The notes under the pieces were generated by a model. That model was not told the origin of the DNA. It saw only the letters and a program-made list of their open reading frames with translations, and searched no databases. The position numbers were made by a program, and so were the translations under genes. Source: Candidatus Latescibacterota bacterium (GTDB taxonomy: Bacteria; Latescibacterota; UBA2968; UBA8231). Taken from it: a stretch of 64,000 nt of DNA. Positions 1-9,854 of this stretch are shown in pieces (position 1 is the stretch's first letter; each line of letters begins with the position of its first letter). Location of the stretch: NCBI GenBank assembly GCA_965217585.1, contig OZ244561.1, forward strand, positions 992,001 through 1,056,000, written 5' to 3'.

Positions 1-1
1 G

Positions 2-199
2 GTCAAGCTAGCTTGGGACTCCTGGGAGGAAGCACTCGACCATCATGCTGTTGTTTACCGTAATGACAACTCTTCAATTGCCGATTATGAAGAGGCTGAC
101 CGCGTCGCCGAAGAAGCTCAGGCTCTTTATGAGGCGGTGGCCGAGGTGTTTAAGGAATCCATCAAAGAAGCCTACAAGAAGGGCGAGAATCTTCAATGA
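2..199 (+). CDS. 3' part of a hypothetical protein running in from the window edge
   Basis: Open frame 2 from position 2: VKLAWDSWEEALDHH...KEAYKKGENLQ*. Its stop overlaps the next ATG (ATGA at 196-199). Confidence 0.5.
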   Translation, partial: VKLAWDSWEEALDHHAVVYRNDNSSIADYEEADRVAEEAQALYEAVAEVFKESIKEAYKKGENLQ

Positions 200-345
200 C
201 TACACCCAAGGGGAATCCTATATGGAACGTGTTAGAGACTATTCTTGTGGTTATAGTTGCTACGTTAATAGCCATAATGAAGATCGCTAAGAAGGGGAAA
301 AAGAAGGGGAAAAAGGGCCGCTTTGGTGATGGAAGATGGCAATAA
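196..345 (+). CDS. 49-aa small membrane peptide (one TM helix plus polybasic tail)
   Basis: Translated by hand: MTTPKGNPIWNVLETILVVIVATLIAIMKIAKKGKKKGKKGRFGDGRWQ*. ATGA-coupled to the upstream ORF and shorter than any ORF listed in the track. Confidence 0.5.
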   Translation: MTTPKGNPIWNVLETILVVIVATLIAIMKIAKKGKKKGKKGRFGDGRWQ

Positions 346-358
346 ACCATCGAGACGA

Positions 359-853
359 TTAATCAGGGAAGTTTTGCAAAATGGCATCACGTAGTTCTAC
401 TACTAAAACATCTAGCACCTGATCGACGGTAAGCGCGTTCTCGTAGGCACAAGTTTTTATCTTCTCTTCGAGTTCTTTAGGCGGCGAGTATTCGTCTTTT
501 ACGTATTTTCTGCAAAACTCTTGTATTTCGTATGGGTGGCGATCTTTGAGACGGGAGACTAGCACTTCGGCTTGCTTTTTTGCCCAAACATTGGCCATAA
601 GCGTATTAGAAATAGACTGACCCAAAGGGGTCAAATTGATCGGACTTCCTCCAGAGGTAGGCCGATCTGGTAGCCGCCGAAAAAGTTCTTTAATGTCGGC
701 GCGGAACTCTCTGATTGCTTCTTCAAGCGTCGTTACAACGGTGTTCATCTGACCTTTCCATTCCCCGATTTTGAAGATCAACACGATGAAACTTCCACAT
801 GCAACCAAGATTCCCAACGTGACGCCGTATGTAACAGGGTTATTCCAGTCCAT
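359..853 (-). CDS. Hypothetical protein with N-terminal TM helix and coiled coil (possible IS1595 passenger)
   Basis: 164-aa ORF with hydrophobic N-terminus, GGAGG SD upstream, directly downstream of the transposase. Confidence 0.65.
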   Translation of the reverse strand: MDWNNPVTYGVTLGILVACGSFIVLIFKIGEWKGQMNTVVTTLEEAIREFRADIKELFRRLPDRPTSGGSPINLTPLGQSISNTLMANVWAKKQAEVLVSRLKDRHPYEIQEFCRKYVKDEYSPPKELEEKIKTCAYENALTVDQVLDVLVVELRDAILQNFPD

Positions 854-943
854 TGTATCCTCCCGTCAGAAGTGTGCGGAGAAGAGAATAGGACAAAAAT
901 GACGTTGCCTCAATAACTGAACAAACAAGCAGATTATTCATTC

Positions 944-1816
944 CTATGCGAAGCACGCCCGCAGTAGGCCATTAAAGGCATCGGTATCTTTCCGGTGGTT
1001 GTACTTCCAGCAGGCTTCCGCGACGAAGAGGGGCGACCAGCCTTTGGTGTACTTGTGATGGGAGCCGTACCACGCCCGCTTGAGCAGGCTCCAGAAGCCC
1101 TCAATCGTGTTGGTGTGTAGGGTCTTGTCGTTAGGATCGACGTAGCCCTCGTCGTGCTTAATGACGCGATGGGGCATCAGCTTGTAGGCGTTGGTGTAGG
1201 CTTTATACTCATCGGTGATTAGGGCCGAATCCTCCGGCTCTACTGACTGCTCGATAAAGCCTAAGACGGTTGCACCTTTGGTATCGTCGGTTACTTCGGC
1301 TTTGACTTCGCCCTCGCTCTGGACGGCTCCAACGACCGAGGTTTTACCCGAGGCTCCCCGACCGCGCTTGTTGTTCTTGTCCTTGTGGCGAGGTTTGCCG
1401 CCGAGATAGGTTTCGTCGGCCTCAATGATGCCTTGGAGCAATTCGCCGTCGTCGCTAGCCATCGCGGCCCGGATGCGCTGTTGCATGAACCATGCTGTTT
1501 TCTGGTTCAGTTCCAGATCGCGGGCAAGTTGGAAGCTGGACAAGCTCTTTTTCGCGTTGGCCATCAGGGAGATCGCCAGAAACCACTTTTGTAGGGGTAC
1601 CCGGGTCCCTTGGAAGATGGTACCCGAGAGAACATTGAAGCTCGACGTGCAGTTGTGGCAGTTCCAGCGGCCAATCTTCTGACCCTCCGCCTTGCGAGCT
1701 ACGCGGTCGCTTTGGCACAGCGGGCAAAGGGCAACCTCCGGCCAGCGGATCGCCTCTAAATGGTCTATGCAAGACTGCTGACTGGGGAATTGATTGAAAA
1801 CGCTGATTAGGTTCAT
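944..1816 (-). CDS. IS1595-family (ISXO2-like) DDE transposase
   Basis: N-terminal zinc ribbon CPLC...CHNC, catalytic IEADETY, LITDEY and HTNTIEGFWSLLKR motifs. Confidence 0.95.
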   Translation of the reverse strand: MNLISVFNQFPSQQSCIDHLEAIRWPEVALCPLCQSDRVARKAEGQKIGRWNCHNCTSSFNVLSGTIFQGTRVPLQKWFLAISLMANAKKSLSSFQLARDLELNQKTAWFMQQRIRAAMASDDGELLQGIIEADETYLGGKPRHKDKNNKRGRGASGKTSVVGAVQSEGEVKAEVTDDTKGATVLGFIEQSVEPEDSALITDEYKAYTNAYKLMPHRVIKHDEGYVDPNDKTLHTNTIEGFWSLLKRAWYGSHHKYTKGWSPLFVAEACWKYNHRKDTDAFNGLLRACFA

Positions 1817-1840
1817 TTCCGCATCTCCTTTGTTACTATA

Positions 1841-1869
1841 AAGATACGAAAATAAAGGGGATAAGTCAA
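1841..1869 (-). promoter_or_regulatory. sigma70-like promoter of the IS1595 transposase
   Basis: TTGACT (1869-1864), 17-bp spacer, TATCTT (1846-1841), then AAGGAG SD before ATG 1816. Confidence 0.7.
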
Positions 1870-1932
1870 GCCTTTAACTACTTATTCCGAAACTTAATTG
1901 AAAGACCGCTGAGCTAACCGAGGAGACTTTCA

Positions 1933-3102
1933 TTGGACCTACAAAAAATACAAGCCTATATGCAGCAGGAGGGGATCGGCGCTTGGTTGGTGTACGATTT
2001 TCGCGGCGGCAATCCGGTCTTGTGGCAGTTGTTGGGCCAGCGGCGGCAGACGACCCGGCGCGTCTTTCTCATCGTGCCGACCGCGGGCGAGCCGCGTCTG
2101 CTCGGCTCGGCGGTCGAGCCAGAGGCCCTCGCCGGGCTGGGCGTAGAGATCGCCCATTACGCTAGCTGGGAACAGCTACATGCCCTGCTGCGCGATGCGG
2201 TGGAGGGTCTGCCGCAGGTGGCTATGGAGTACTGGCCCGGGGGCGCGCTACCCACGGTATCTTGGGTCGATGGCGGCACCTTAGAGCTGGTGCGCTCCCT
2301 CGGCCCCGAAGTGGTGTCTTCGGCCGATCTGTGCCAAGTGGCCTTGGCCACCTGGAGCGCGGACGCGCTCGCCTCGCATCGCGACGCTTGCCGCCAAGTG
2401 GCCGAAGTCAAGGACATGGCCTTTGAACACATACGCAGCCAACTCCGCACCGGCCTCACTGAATTCGACGTCCAAGCGTTCATCGTCGCCGAACTGGAGC
2501 GGCGCGGCCTCGACCTAGGGCATCCGCCGATCGTCGGCGTCAATCGCAACAGCGGCAATCCGCACTACGAGCCGCGTGCGGACACCGCCGCCCCCATCGA
2601 GCCGGATGCTTGGATCCTCATCGACCTGTGGGCGCGCCATCCCGGCGAGCAGCACGTGTTTGGCGACATAACTTGGGTCGCCTTTGCCGGCCCGCGCGTG
2701 CCAGCGGCCCACGCCGAGGTCTTTGCCGCGGTGCGCGAAGCGCGCGATCAAGTGCTGGCGCGGCTCGATGACGCGTGGCGCGCTGGCGAAGTGCTGCAGG
2801 GCTGGCAACTCGACCGAGTGGCGCGCCAAGCCATGGCAAGGCGCGGCTTGGGCGAGCAATTCGTCCACCGCACGGGGCACAGCCTCGGCCCGGGGCCGAG
2901 CATCCACGCGCTAGGCGTAAACCTCGACGACTTGGAAACCCACGATGCGCGGTCGATTCTGCCGGGCACTGGCTTTTCCGTGGAGCCGGGCGCATATCTG
3001 CCGGAGTTCGGCGTGCGGCTCGAAGTCAATGTGTACGTGGATCCAGAGAGCGGCCCGGAAGTTACGACCCCCATCCAAAACGAAGTCGTCCTCTTGCTTT
3101 GA
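1933..3102 (+). CDS. M24 family metallopeptidase (Xaa-Pro aminopeptidase-like)
   Basis: PHY, IDLWAR, GDITW, HRTGHSLG, FSVEPGAY and GVRLEVN metal-binding motifs of M24. Confidence 0.9.
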   Translation: MDLQKIQAYMQQEGIGAWLVYDFRGGNPVLWQLLGQRRQTTRRVFLIVPTAGEPRLLGSAVEPEALAGLGVEIAHYASWEQLHALLRDAVEGLPQVAMEYWPGGALPTVSWVDGGTLELVRSLGPEVVSSADLCQVALATWSADALASHRDACRQVAEVKDMAFEHIRSQLRTGLTEFDVQAFIVAELERRGLDLGHPPIVGVNRNSGNPHYEPRADTAAPIEPDAWILIDLWARHPGEQHVFGDITWVAFAGPRVPAAHAEVFAAVREARDQVLARLDDAWRAGEVLQGWQLDRVARQAMARRGLGEQFVHRTGHSLGPGPSIHALGVNLDDLETHDARSILPGTGFSVEPGAYLPEFGVRLEVNVYVDPESGPEVTTPIQNEVVLLL

Positions 3103-3770
3103 GCCTTGGAATCGTCCTCGTCAGCGGTGGACTCGACTCCTGCGTCGCCGCCGCCATTGCCACCCACCGCGGCCCCCTGGCCTTTCTCCACTTGCGCTAT
3201 CGCCAGCGCACCGAAGGCCGCGAATTCGCGGCGTTTACCGCCCTCGCGGATCACTTTCAGGTGAAGACCCGCCTCGTGGTGGACGTCGATTACATGCGCC
3301 AAATCGGCGGCTCCAGCTTAACCGATGCGACCCAGCCCATCCCCGAAAACGAGGCCGCAGCCGGCCTACCCTCCACCTACGTCCCCTTCCGCAATGCCAA
3401 CTTGCTCGGCGTGGCCGTGGCTTGGGCCGAGGTCATTGGCGCAACCGACATCTACATCGGTGCCCACGAAGCAGAAAGCCAGTACCCGGACTGCCGGCGG
3501 GAATTTTTCGCCGCTTACGAGCGCATGGTCGCCGCTGGTACTGGTCCGCAAACCCAAGTGCGCATCCAAACTCCGCTCATAGCCTGGGACAAAGCCGCCA
3601 TCATCCGCTGCGGCCTAGCGCTCACCGCCCCCCTGCACCTGACCTGGTCCTGCTATCAGCGCGAAGACCTCGCCTGTGGCCGCTGCACAAGCTGCCGCAT
3701 GCGCTTGGCGGGCTTTCGCCGGGCCGGTGCCGACGACCCCTTGCCCTACGCCTCTATTCCAAGGAGCTAA
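3099..3770 (+). CDS. queC: 7-cyano-7-deazaguanine (preQ0) synthase
   Basis: SGGLDS, TYVPFRN, YPDCR and TWSCY...CGRCTSC motifs. TTG start overlaps the upstream TGA. Confidence 0.93.
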   Translation: MSLGIVLVSGGLDSCVAAAIATHRGPLAFLHLRYRQRTEGREFAAFTALADHFQVKTRLVVDVDYMRQIGGSSLTDATQPIPENEAAAGLPSTYVPFRNANLLGVAVAWAEVIGATDIYIGAHEAESQYPDCRREFFAAYERMVAAGTGPQTQVRIQTPLIAWDKAAIIRCGLALTAPLHLTWSCYQREDLACGRCTSCRMRLAGFRRAGADDPLPYASIPRS

Positions 3771-3773
3771 CCC

Positions 3774-5357
3774 ATGCTAATCGGCTACGTCAGCGACGAA
3801 CGCTACATTGCCCTGCACGACGTGCAGTTCGAACTCGCCAACGAAAACCTGCACGTCGAAACCCGCTCGCGGGCCACCGGCGAGGTCTTCGCCGACATTC
3901 CCCCCGGTCCCTACACCGTGACCTTGCAAAAAGACGGTTTCGGCCCCAAGCGCGGGCAAATCAACATCCACCCCGACCGGCCGCACCACTTCCGCTTGCT
4001 CGCGCATCAGTTGCTCGGCTACGCCTGGCCCAAGTGGGTCCAAGCGGGCGAGCAATCCGAGTTCCGCGTCCACGCGCTCGAAGCCTACCGCCTCGATTTG
4101 TGGCGCTATGGCTGGGAAAAAGAACACATCCGCCCGCTGGGCTGGTTCGACGAGCACGGGCCGCGCGCCACCATGCAGATCACCCCGGACGACGACTACA
4201 CGCAAACCGGGATAATGTGGAACAAGTTTGGTTACACTAGCCCCACCCACAAACAGTTCGTCACCGCGCCGGAACGCTCTGGCCTCTACTACTTCCACGC
4301 CAAAGGCGAGTCCGGCGCGTTCTTCTCCTTTCCCTGGATCGTCGCCCCAGCCGCCCCCAGCGCGGACATTGCGGTCCTCGCCGCCAACATCAACTGGAAC
4401 GCGTACAACAATTTTGGCGGGCGCTCCAACTACATCCACCCCGACTGCTTCCCGCCCACGCCGACGATCAATGCCCGCCTAGAACTGAAGCGCTATACCG
4501 ACCCCGAACACATCAACTTCGACGCCGAGGACTACGCTCCCCTCTCCTTCGACCGGCCCGAGCCGATCAACCACGTTCCCGAGGACGCCGAGATCACCGA
4601 TCCCATCGCGGGACGCTCCGCCTCTCACGTGGCCCCGGCCGAGTGGCGCTTCCTCGGCTGGCTAGAGCGCGAGGGCTATGCCTACGACCTGTACGCCGAG
4701 ACCCAATTTCACTTTGGCCAGCTCGACCTCGACCAGTACAAAGTCCTCATCATCACCACCCATCCCGAGTACTGGTCGCGCAAGATGTACTACGAGCTCA
4801 AGGCGTGGGTGCGCGAGCGCGGTGGCAAACTCATGTACTTGGGAGGCAACGGCCTCAACTGCGAAGTGGAGCTACTCGACGAGCAGACGATGAAGGTCAA
4901 AAACGGCGATATGCGCGTCCAGCGGGCCGAGGGCTACGAGAGCCGCTTTCACCAGTACAACGAGTCCGAGGCCAACCTGCTCGGCGTGGTCTGTACCCTT
5001 GCGGGCATTATGACGTCCGCGCCGTATCAAGTCCTCGCCGCCGACCACTGGATTTTCGCCAACACGGGCGTCAAAAACGGCGATGCCTTCGGCGCGGCTA
5101 GCCTGCACGAGCGGGTACCCGGCGGTGCCTCCGGCCACGAGACCGACAAGACCTCGCCCTTTTCGCCCCCCGGCACCGAAATCGTCGCCCGCGGCCTCAA
5201 CCCGGACCGCGGCGGCGCGGAAATCGTCCACTACGAGACGGCCAGCGGCGGCGCAGTTTTTTCCGTCGGATCCATCACCTATCCAGCCTCGATTCTCGTG
5301 GACGAGGTCGTCTCGCGCATTACCGCGAACGTCATCGAGCGCTTTGTCGCGGCATAG
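3774..5357 (+). CDS. N,N-dimethylformamidase beta-subunit-like protein with N-terminal carboxypeptidase-regulatory-like domain
   Basis: WNAYNNFGGRSNY, LSFDRP, HPEYWS, LGGNG and GGAVFSVGSI motifs typical of the DMF-amidase beta family. Confidence 0.75.
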   Translation: MLIGYVSDERYIALHDVQFELANENLHVETRSRATGEVFADIPPGPYTVTLQKDGFGPKRGQINIHPDRPHHFRLLAHQLLGYAWPKWVQAGEQSEFRVHALEAYRLDLWRYGWEKEHIRPLGWFDEHGPRATMQITPDDDYTQTGIMWNKFGYTSPTHKQFVTAPERSGLYYFHAKGESGAFFSFPWIVAPAAPSADIAVLAANINWNAYNNFGGRSNYIHPDCFPPTPTINARLELKRYTDPEHINFDAEDYAPLSFDRPEPINHVPEDAEITDPIAGRSASHVAPAEWRFLGWLEREGYAYDLYAETQFHFGQLDLDQYKVLIITTHPEYWSRKMYYELKAWVRERGGKLMYLGGNGLNCEVELLDEQTMKVKNGDMRVQRAEGYESRFHQYNESEANLLGVVCTLAGIMTSAPYQVLAADHWIFANTGVKNGDAFGAASLHERVPGGASGHETDKTSPFSPPGTEIVARGLNPDRGGAEIVHYETASGGAVFSVGSITYPASILVDEVVSRITANVIERFVAA

Positions 5358-5386
5358 CCAAGGCACCCATTCGGCCTTATCCTAAG
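5244..5386 (+). repeat. Left copy of ~143-bp direct repeat bounding island 1 (3' end of the DMF-amidase-like gene)
   Basis: Matches 15371-15514. Core 5280-5361 vs 15407-15488 differs at one base. Confidence 0.95.
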
Positions 5387-5419
5387 ATGTTTTAACCACC
5401 CGTAATGATTTAACCACCC

Positions 5420-5447
5420 GTAGGGGCGACCGGCCGGTCGCCCCTAC
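5420..5447. repeat. GTAG-type REP palindrome GTAGGGGCGACCGGCCGGTCGCCCCTAC
   Basis: Perfect 28-bp palindrome with identical copies at 12585-12612 and 62099-62126. Preceded by a duplicated TTTAACCACCCGTA (5391, 5409). Confidence 0.85.
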
Positions 5448-5462
5448 AGTACAGGAATCCCA

Positions 5463-7469
5463 ATGACGACCAGCAACGAGACGACAAACAACACCGACCT
5501 GAACTGGATCGCCAACTACATCTGGGGCATCGCCGACGATGTCCTGCGCGACCTATACGTGCGCGGCAAGTACCGCGACGTGATCCTGCCGATGACCGTG
5601 CTGCGCCGGCTCGACGCAGTGCTGGAGGACAGCAAGCAGGCGGTCCTCGACATGAAGACCACCCTCGACAACGCCGGCGTCATCGAGCAGGATGCGACCC
5701 TGCGGCAGATCGCAGGACAAGCCTTCTACAATACCTCCAAGTTCACCCTGCGCGACCTGCGCGCCCGCGCCAATCGCCAGCAGCTCGAAGCCGACTTCCG
5801 GGCTTGGCTCGACGGGTTCTCGCCCAACGTCCAGGACATCCTCGAAAACTTCGAGTTCCGCAACCAGGTCTCGCGGCTTTCCAGGGCCGACGCCTTGGGC
5901 ACACTGATTGAGAAGCTGACCTCGCCTGACATCAACCTGAGCCCAGCCCCAGTGCACTACGCCGACGGCACGGTCAGGCACCCCGGCCTCGACAACCACG
6001 GCATGGGCACGATCTTCGAGGAGTTGATCCGGCGCTTCAACGAGGAGAACAACGAAGAGGCGGGCGAACACTGGACCCCGCGCGACGCCGTGACCCTGAT
6101 GGCGAAGCTGGTCTTCCTGCCCGTCGCCGATCGGATCAAATCCGGCACCTACCTGATTTACGACGGGGCCTGCGGCACCGGCGGCATGTTGACCGTGGCC
6201 GAGGACGTGCTTCAGCAGTTCGCCGCCGAACGCGGCAAGGAAGTCTCCACCCACCTATTCGGCCAGGAGATCAATGCCGAGACCTACGCCATCTGCAAGG
6301 CCGACCTGCTGCTGAAGGGTGAAGGGGACGCCGCCGACAACATCGTGGGCGGCCCAGAGCACTCTACCCTAGCCAACGACGCCTTCCCGTCCCGCGAGTT
6401 CGACTTCATGCTCTCCAATCCGCCCTACGGCAAGAGTTGGAAGACCGATCTGGAGCGCATGGGCGGCAAGAGCGACATGCGCGACCCGCGCTTTGTGATC
6501 GAGCACGCCGGCGACCCCGAGTATTCCCTAGTCACCCGCTCCAGCGACGGCCAGATGCTCTTTCTCGCCAATAAGCTCTCCAAGATGAAGCAGGGCGGCA
6601 GCCGCATCGCCGAGGTGCACAACGGCAGCTCCCTGTTCACCGGCGACGCCGGGCAGGGCGAGAGCAATATCCGCCGCTGGATCATCGAGAACGACTGGCT
6701 GGAGGCGATCGTCGCCCTGCCGCTCAACATGTTCTACAACACCGGCATCGCCACCTACGTCTGGGTGCTCACCAACCGCAAGCCGGAGCATCGCCAAAGC
6801 AAGGTGCAGTTGATCAACGCCACCGAGTGGCACCGGCCGCTGCGCAAAAACTTGGGCAAGAAGAACTGCGAGCTCGGCGAGGCGGACATTGAGCGCATCT
6901 GCGACACCTTCCTCGCCTTCGAGGAGAGCGAGCAGAGCAAGATCTTCGACAATGCCGCCTTCGGCTACTGGAAGGTGACGGTCGAACGGCCGCTGCGGCT
7001 TGAAGGGGCCGACCCCGACCGCGCTTACAAGGCCGCCGAGATCAAGAAGCTGAGGGAAAGCTGCGAGCGCAGCGAAACCGCGCCCCCCATCATCAAGAAG
7101 ATCCACAAGCGAGGCACGGAGGCCGATCCGCTGCGCGGCCGGTTCGAGGCTACTGTCAACGGCAAGCCCGTCGTGGTGGAGTACGAACCGGACACCGACC
7201 TGCGCGACACCGAACAGATTCCCCTGCAAGAGGAAGGCGGCATCGAAGCGTTCCTGCAGCGGGAGGTCCTTCCCTATGCCTCTGACGCCTGGTACCAACC
7301 AGACAGCGTGAGAATCGGCTACGAGATCAGCTTTACCCGATATTTCTACAAGCCGCAGCCGATGCGAACGCTGGACGAGATTCGGGCCGACATTCTGGAG
7401 TTAGAGAAAGAAACGGAAGGGTTGCTGGGTGAAATACTGGGCGCAAGTCAACAGCCGATCTCCACATAG
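5463..7469 (+). CDS. hsdM: Type I restriction-modification methyltransferase subunit
   Basis: GEHWTPRD, YDGACGTGGML (SAM binding) and SNPPYG (N6-adenine MTase) motifs. Confidence 0.95.
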   Translation: MTTSNETTNNTDLNWIANYIWGIADDVLRDLYVRGKYRDVILPMTVLRRLDAVLEDSKQAVLDMKTTLDNAGVIEQDATLRQIAGQAFYNTSKFTLRDLRARANRQQLEADFRAWLDGFSPNVQDILENFEFRNQVSRLSRADALGTLIEKLTSPDINLSPAPVHYADGTVRHPGLDNHGMGTIFEELIRRFNEENNEEAGEHWTPRDAVTLMAKLVFLPVADRIKSGTYLIYDGACGTGGMLTVAEDVLQQFAAERGKEVSTHLFGQEINAETYAICKADLLLKGEGDAADNIVGGPEHSTLANDAFPSREFDFMLSNPPYGKSWKTDLERMGGKSDMRDPRFVIEHAGDPEYSLVTRSSDGQMLFLANKLSKMKQGGSRIAEVHNGSSLFTGDAGQGESNIRRWIIENDWLEAIVALPLNMFYNTGIATYVWVLTNRKPEHRQSKVQLINATEWHRPLRKNLGKKNCELGEADIERICDTFLAFEESEQSKIFDNAAFGYWKVTVERPLRLEGADPDRAYKAAEIKKLRESCERSETAPPIIKKIHKRGTEADPLRGRFEATVNGKPVVVEYEPDTDLRDTEQIPLQEEGGIEAFLQREVLPYASDAWYQPDSVRIGYEISFTRYFYKPQPMRTLDEIRADILELEKETEGLLGEILGASQQPIST

Positions 7470-7580
7470 CGCAGGGGCAAAGAGAGCAACCGATACCACT
7501 ACCACAGGAGCGAGCGATGTCCTCTTTGAAGTCAGCGAGGACGAAGTGGAGCATCTGACATACACCAAACTCAGGAGGGA

Positions 7581-7922
7581 ATGGAAATGACAACGGAAAC
7601 CCTGAATCAACACATTGAGATCACCCCGGGCATATCAAGTGGCAAACCCCGCATTGCCGGTCATCGAATCACTGTGGAGAATATCGTCATCTGGCACGAG
7701 CGCCTAGGCAAGAGTGCCGACGAAATCGCCAGCGATTACGATATAACCCTTGCGGATGTGTATGCGGCATTGGCTTACTATTTCGATCACCGGCATGAGA
7801 TTGACCAATCGCTCGAAGAGAGTCGAGCATTTGTAAATATCTTACGTCAAAAATTCTCTTCGAAGCTTCCTCAAAAGATGCAAAAGTGGAATACCTATAG
7901 AGTACAAGGAAGTCATGGCTAA
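7581..7922 (+). CDS. DUF433 family protein (putative antitoxin)
   Basis: IEITPGISSGKPRIAGHRITV...ADVYAALAYY signature. Confidence 0.88.
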   Translation: MEMTTETLNQHIEITPGISSGKPRIAGHRITVENIVIWHERLGKSADEIASDYDITLADVYAALAYYFDHRHEIDQSLEESRAFVNILRQKFSSKLPQKMQKWNTYRVQGSHG

Positions 7923-8160
7923 TTCAGACCCATTGGTTGCCGATCCCAGCACTGAGATCATCTTTGAAGTCAGCGAGGACGAGGTAGATGGGGGTTACAC
8001 GGCAAGTGCGCTTGGATATGGCATCCATACGCAGGGAGAAGACTGGAACGACCTGAAGGCCATGGTGCGAGATGCGGTGCTTTGCCATTTCGACGACACC
8101 ATGCCGCGGCCCAAGTTGATTCGCCTTCACTTCGTGCGCGATGAGGTTCTCTTGGTATGA
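7915..8160 (+). CDS. HicB-like antitoxin family small protein
   Basis: EIIFEVSEDEVDGGYTASALGYGIHTQGEDWNDLKAMVRDAVLCHF, a HicB-like fold pattern. Confidence 0.75.
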   Translation: MANSDPLVADPSTEIIFEVSEDEVDGGYTASALGYGIHTQGEDWNDLKAMVRDAVLCHFDDTMPRPKLIRLHFVRDEVLLV

Positions 8161-9632
8161 AGTTACCCAACGTCGGCGAATTGAGGCCGTATTCGGAAAT
8201 GAAGGACTCCGGGGTAGAGTGGCTGGGTAAAGTTCCGTCGCATTGGAAGGTTATACCTAACCGCACCCTCTTTGAGGAGGTGAAGGAACGCGATCATCCA
8301 GAAGAACCGATGCTATCCGTAACGATCAAACAGGGTATCATTCGCCAGAAGGATCTTCTGGAAGACAACTCAAAGAAAGACGGTTCGAACCTAGACAAGT
8401 CGGCCTACAAACTGGTCCGGCTCGGAGACATTGCATATAACAAAATGCGAGCATGGCAGGGTGCCGTTGGAGCTTCTGAATACCAAGGTATTGTCAGTCC
8501 TGCCTACGTGGTGGAGCGTCCACGAAAAGGAGTTAGCTCGCACTACTTCCATTACTTACTTCGGACTCCTGCTTTCGCCAAAGAGGCCGAACGCTGGTCA
8601 TACGGCATTACATCGGATATGTGGAGTCTACGGCCTGAACACTTCAAGATGATCTATGCGTGCCTTCCCCCACCCACCGAACAAACCGCCATCGTCCGCT
8701 TCCTCGACCACGCCGACCGGCGCATCCAGCGCTACATCCGCGCCAAGCAGAAGCTGATTACGCTGCTGGAGGAGCAGAAGCAGGCCATCATCCATCAAGC
8801 CGTCACGGGCCAGATCGACGTCCGAACCGGCCAACCCTACCCGTCATACAAGGACTCCGGTGTGGAGTGGTTGGGTGATGTGCCGGAGGATTGGGAAGTC
8901 GTTCCATTGCGGAGAGTAACCCTTGACAGTTGCGATGGGCCGTTTGGTTCTGGATTGAAGTCGTCACATTACACTGAAGAAGGAATAAGAGTGGTGCGAC
9001 TTCAGAACATTGGACATGGAGAATTCAAAGACTCCGATGCCGCCTTTATTTCGCCCAAATATTATTCATCGCTGGGCGATCATTCCGTCATTTCGGGAGA
9101 TGTCCTAATAGCTGGGTTGGGCGACAACAACCATCCCGCGGGTCGAGCATGTGTCGCACCAGAGAATATCATCCCTGCTATGGTTAAGGCTGATTGTTTC
9201 AGGTTCCGCCTTAATCAAACTCGAATCCAACCACGGTTTGCCGCACTCCAACTAACCGCTACCGCGCCTGTTACTTCAGCCCTACTATCGACTGGGGCTA
9301 CCCGTCAACGAACTAATCTCCAAGCAACCTCTGGAAGAGCTATTGGTATTCCTTCGGTTCCTGAACAAAATTTGATCGTTAAGTACATCACAGCCGAGGT
9401 GTCAGGTATAGAGGATGCCCAAGTGGCCGTCCAGCGGGAGATTGATCTGCTCCGTGAACACCGCACCCGCCTAATCGCCGATGTCGTCACCGGCAAGCTC
9501 GATGTGCGCGAGGCGGCGGCTGAACTGCCGGAAGTGGATTCGCTTGCGGAAGACGACTTGGACGGTACAATCCATGATGGGGAGAATTCAAATCTCGGCG
9601 AACTCGAAGTCGCCGAGGAGGTGACCGTATGA
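8157..9632 (+). CDS. hsdS: Type I R-M specificity subunit (two TRDs)
   Basis: Two KDSGVEWLGxVP repeats, PPPTEQTAIVRFLD central region and LIADVVTGKLDVR C-terminus. The TRDs appear less GC-rich than the flanks. Confidence 0.95.
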   Translation: MKLPNVGELRPYSEMKDSGVEWLGKVPSHWKVIPNRTLFEEVKERDHPEEPMLSVTIKQGIIRQKDLLEDNSKKDGSNLDKSAYKLVRLGDIAYNKMRAWQGAVGASEYQGIVSPAYVVERPRKGVSSHYFHYLLRTPAFAKEAERWSYGITSDMWSLRPEHFKMIYACLPPPTEQTAIVRFLDHADRRIQRYIRAKQKLITLLEEQKQAIIHQAVTGQIDVRTGQPYPSYKDSGVEWLGDVPEDWEVVPLRRVTLDSCDGPFGSGLKSSHYTEEGIRVVRLQNIGHGEFKDSDAAFISPKYYSSLGDHSVISGDVLIAGLGDNNHPAGRACVAPENIIPAMVKADCFRFRLNQTRIQPRFAALQLTATAPVTSALLSTGATRQRTNLQATSGRAIGIPSVPEQNLIVKYITAEVSGIEDAQVAVQREIDLLREHRTRLIADVVTGKLDVREAAAELPEVDSLAEDDLDGTIHDGENSNLGELEVAEEVTV

Positions 9633-9715
9633 CGGACTGGAGCACCTGCCCAGCAGTGGAACGAAACCCCAAGAAGATCAGCGGAGCTTGGGCCTCTAGG
9701 AAAGTCCCGATCTGA
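9629..9715 (+). pseudogene. Truncated DUF433 gene start (MTDWSTCPAVERNPKKISGAW...)
   Basis: Homologous to the N-termini of 10129-10377 and 11699-11944. Stops after 28 codons. Confidence 0.8.
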
Positions 9716-9731
9716 ATACGGAAGAGATAGC

Positions 9732-9854
9732 GTGACCACCACCGACACCTCTGAACGCGGCCCCAAACGCCTCATCTGCACGGCGCAGGTTCAAGTGCTC
9801 AAACAAGCCGGCTTGAAAGAGAACTACACGGAGGGTGGAGATGGCACAGACTGA
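9732..9854 (+). pseudogene. Chimeric mini-ORF: HsdR N-terminus fused to a HicA-like C-terminus
   Basis: VTTTDTSERGPKRLICTA (copy of the hsdR start at 12336) continues in frame into QVQVLKQAGLK..., which resembles a HicA C-terminus, just upstream of hicB. Confidence 0.7.

Larger units (their letters stand above)
944..1888 (-). mobile_element. IS1595-family element, transposase-proximal end at ~1888; other end not found in window
   Basis: Minus strand begins GGAATAAGTAGTTAAAGG, resembling IS1595-family ends. I saw no matching inverted copy between 1 and 944, so the element probably extends left of the window with passenger genes. Confidence 0.6.
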
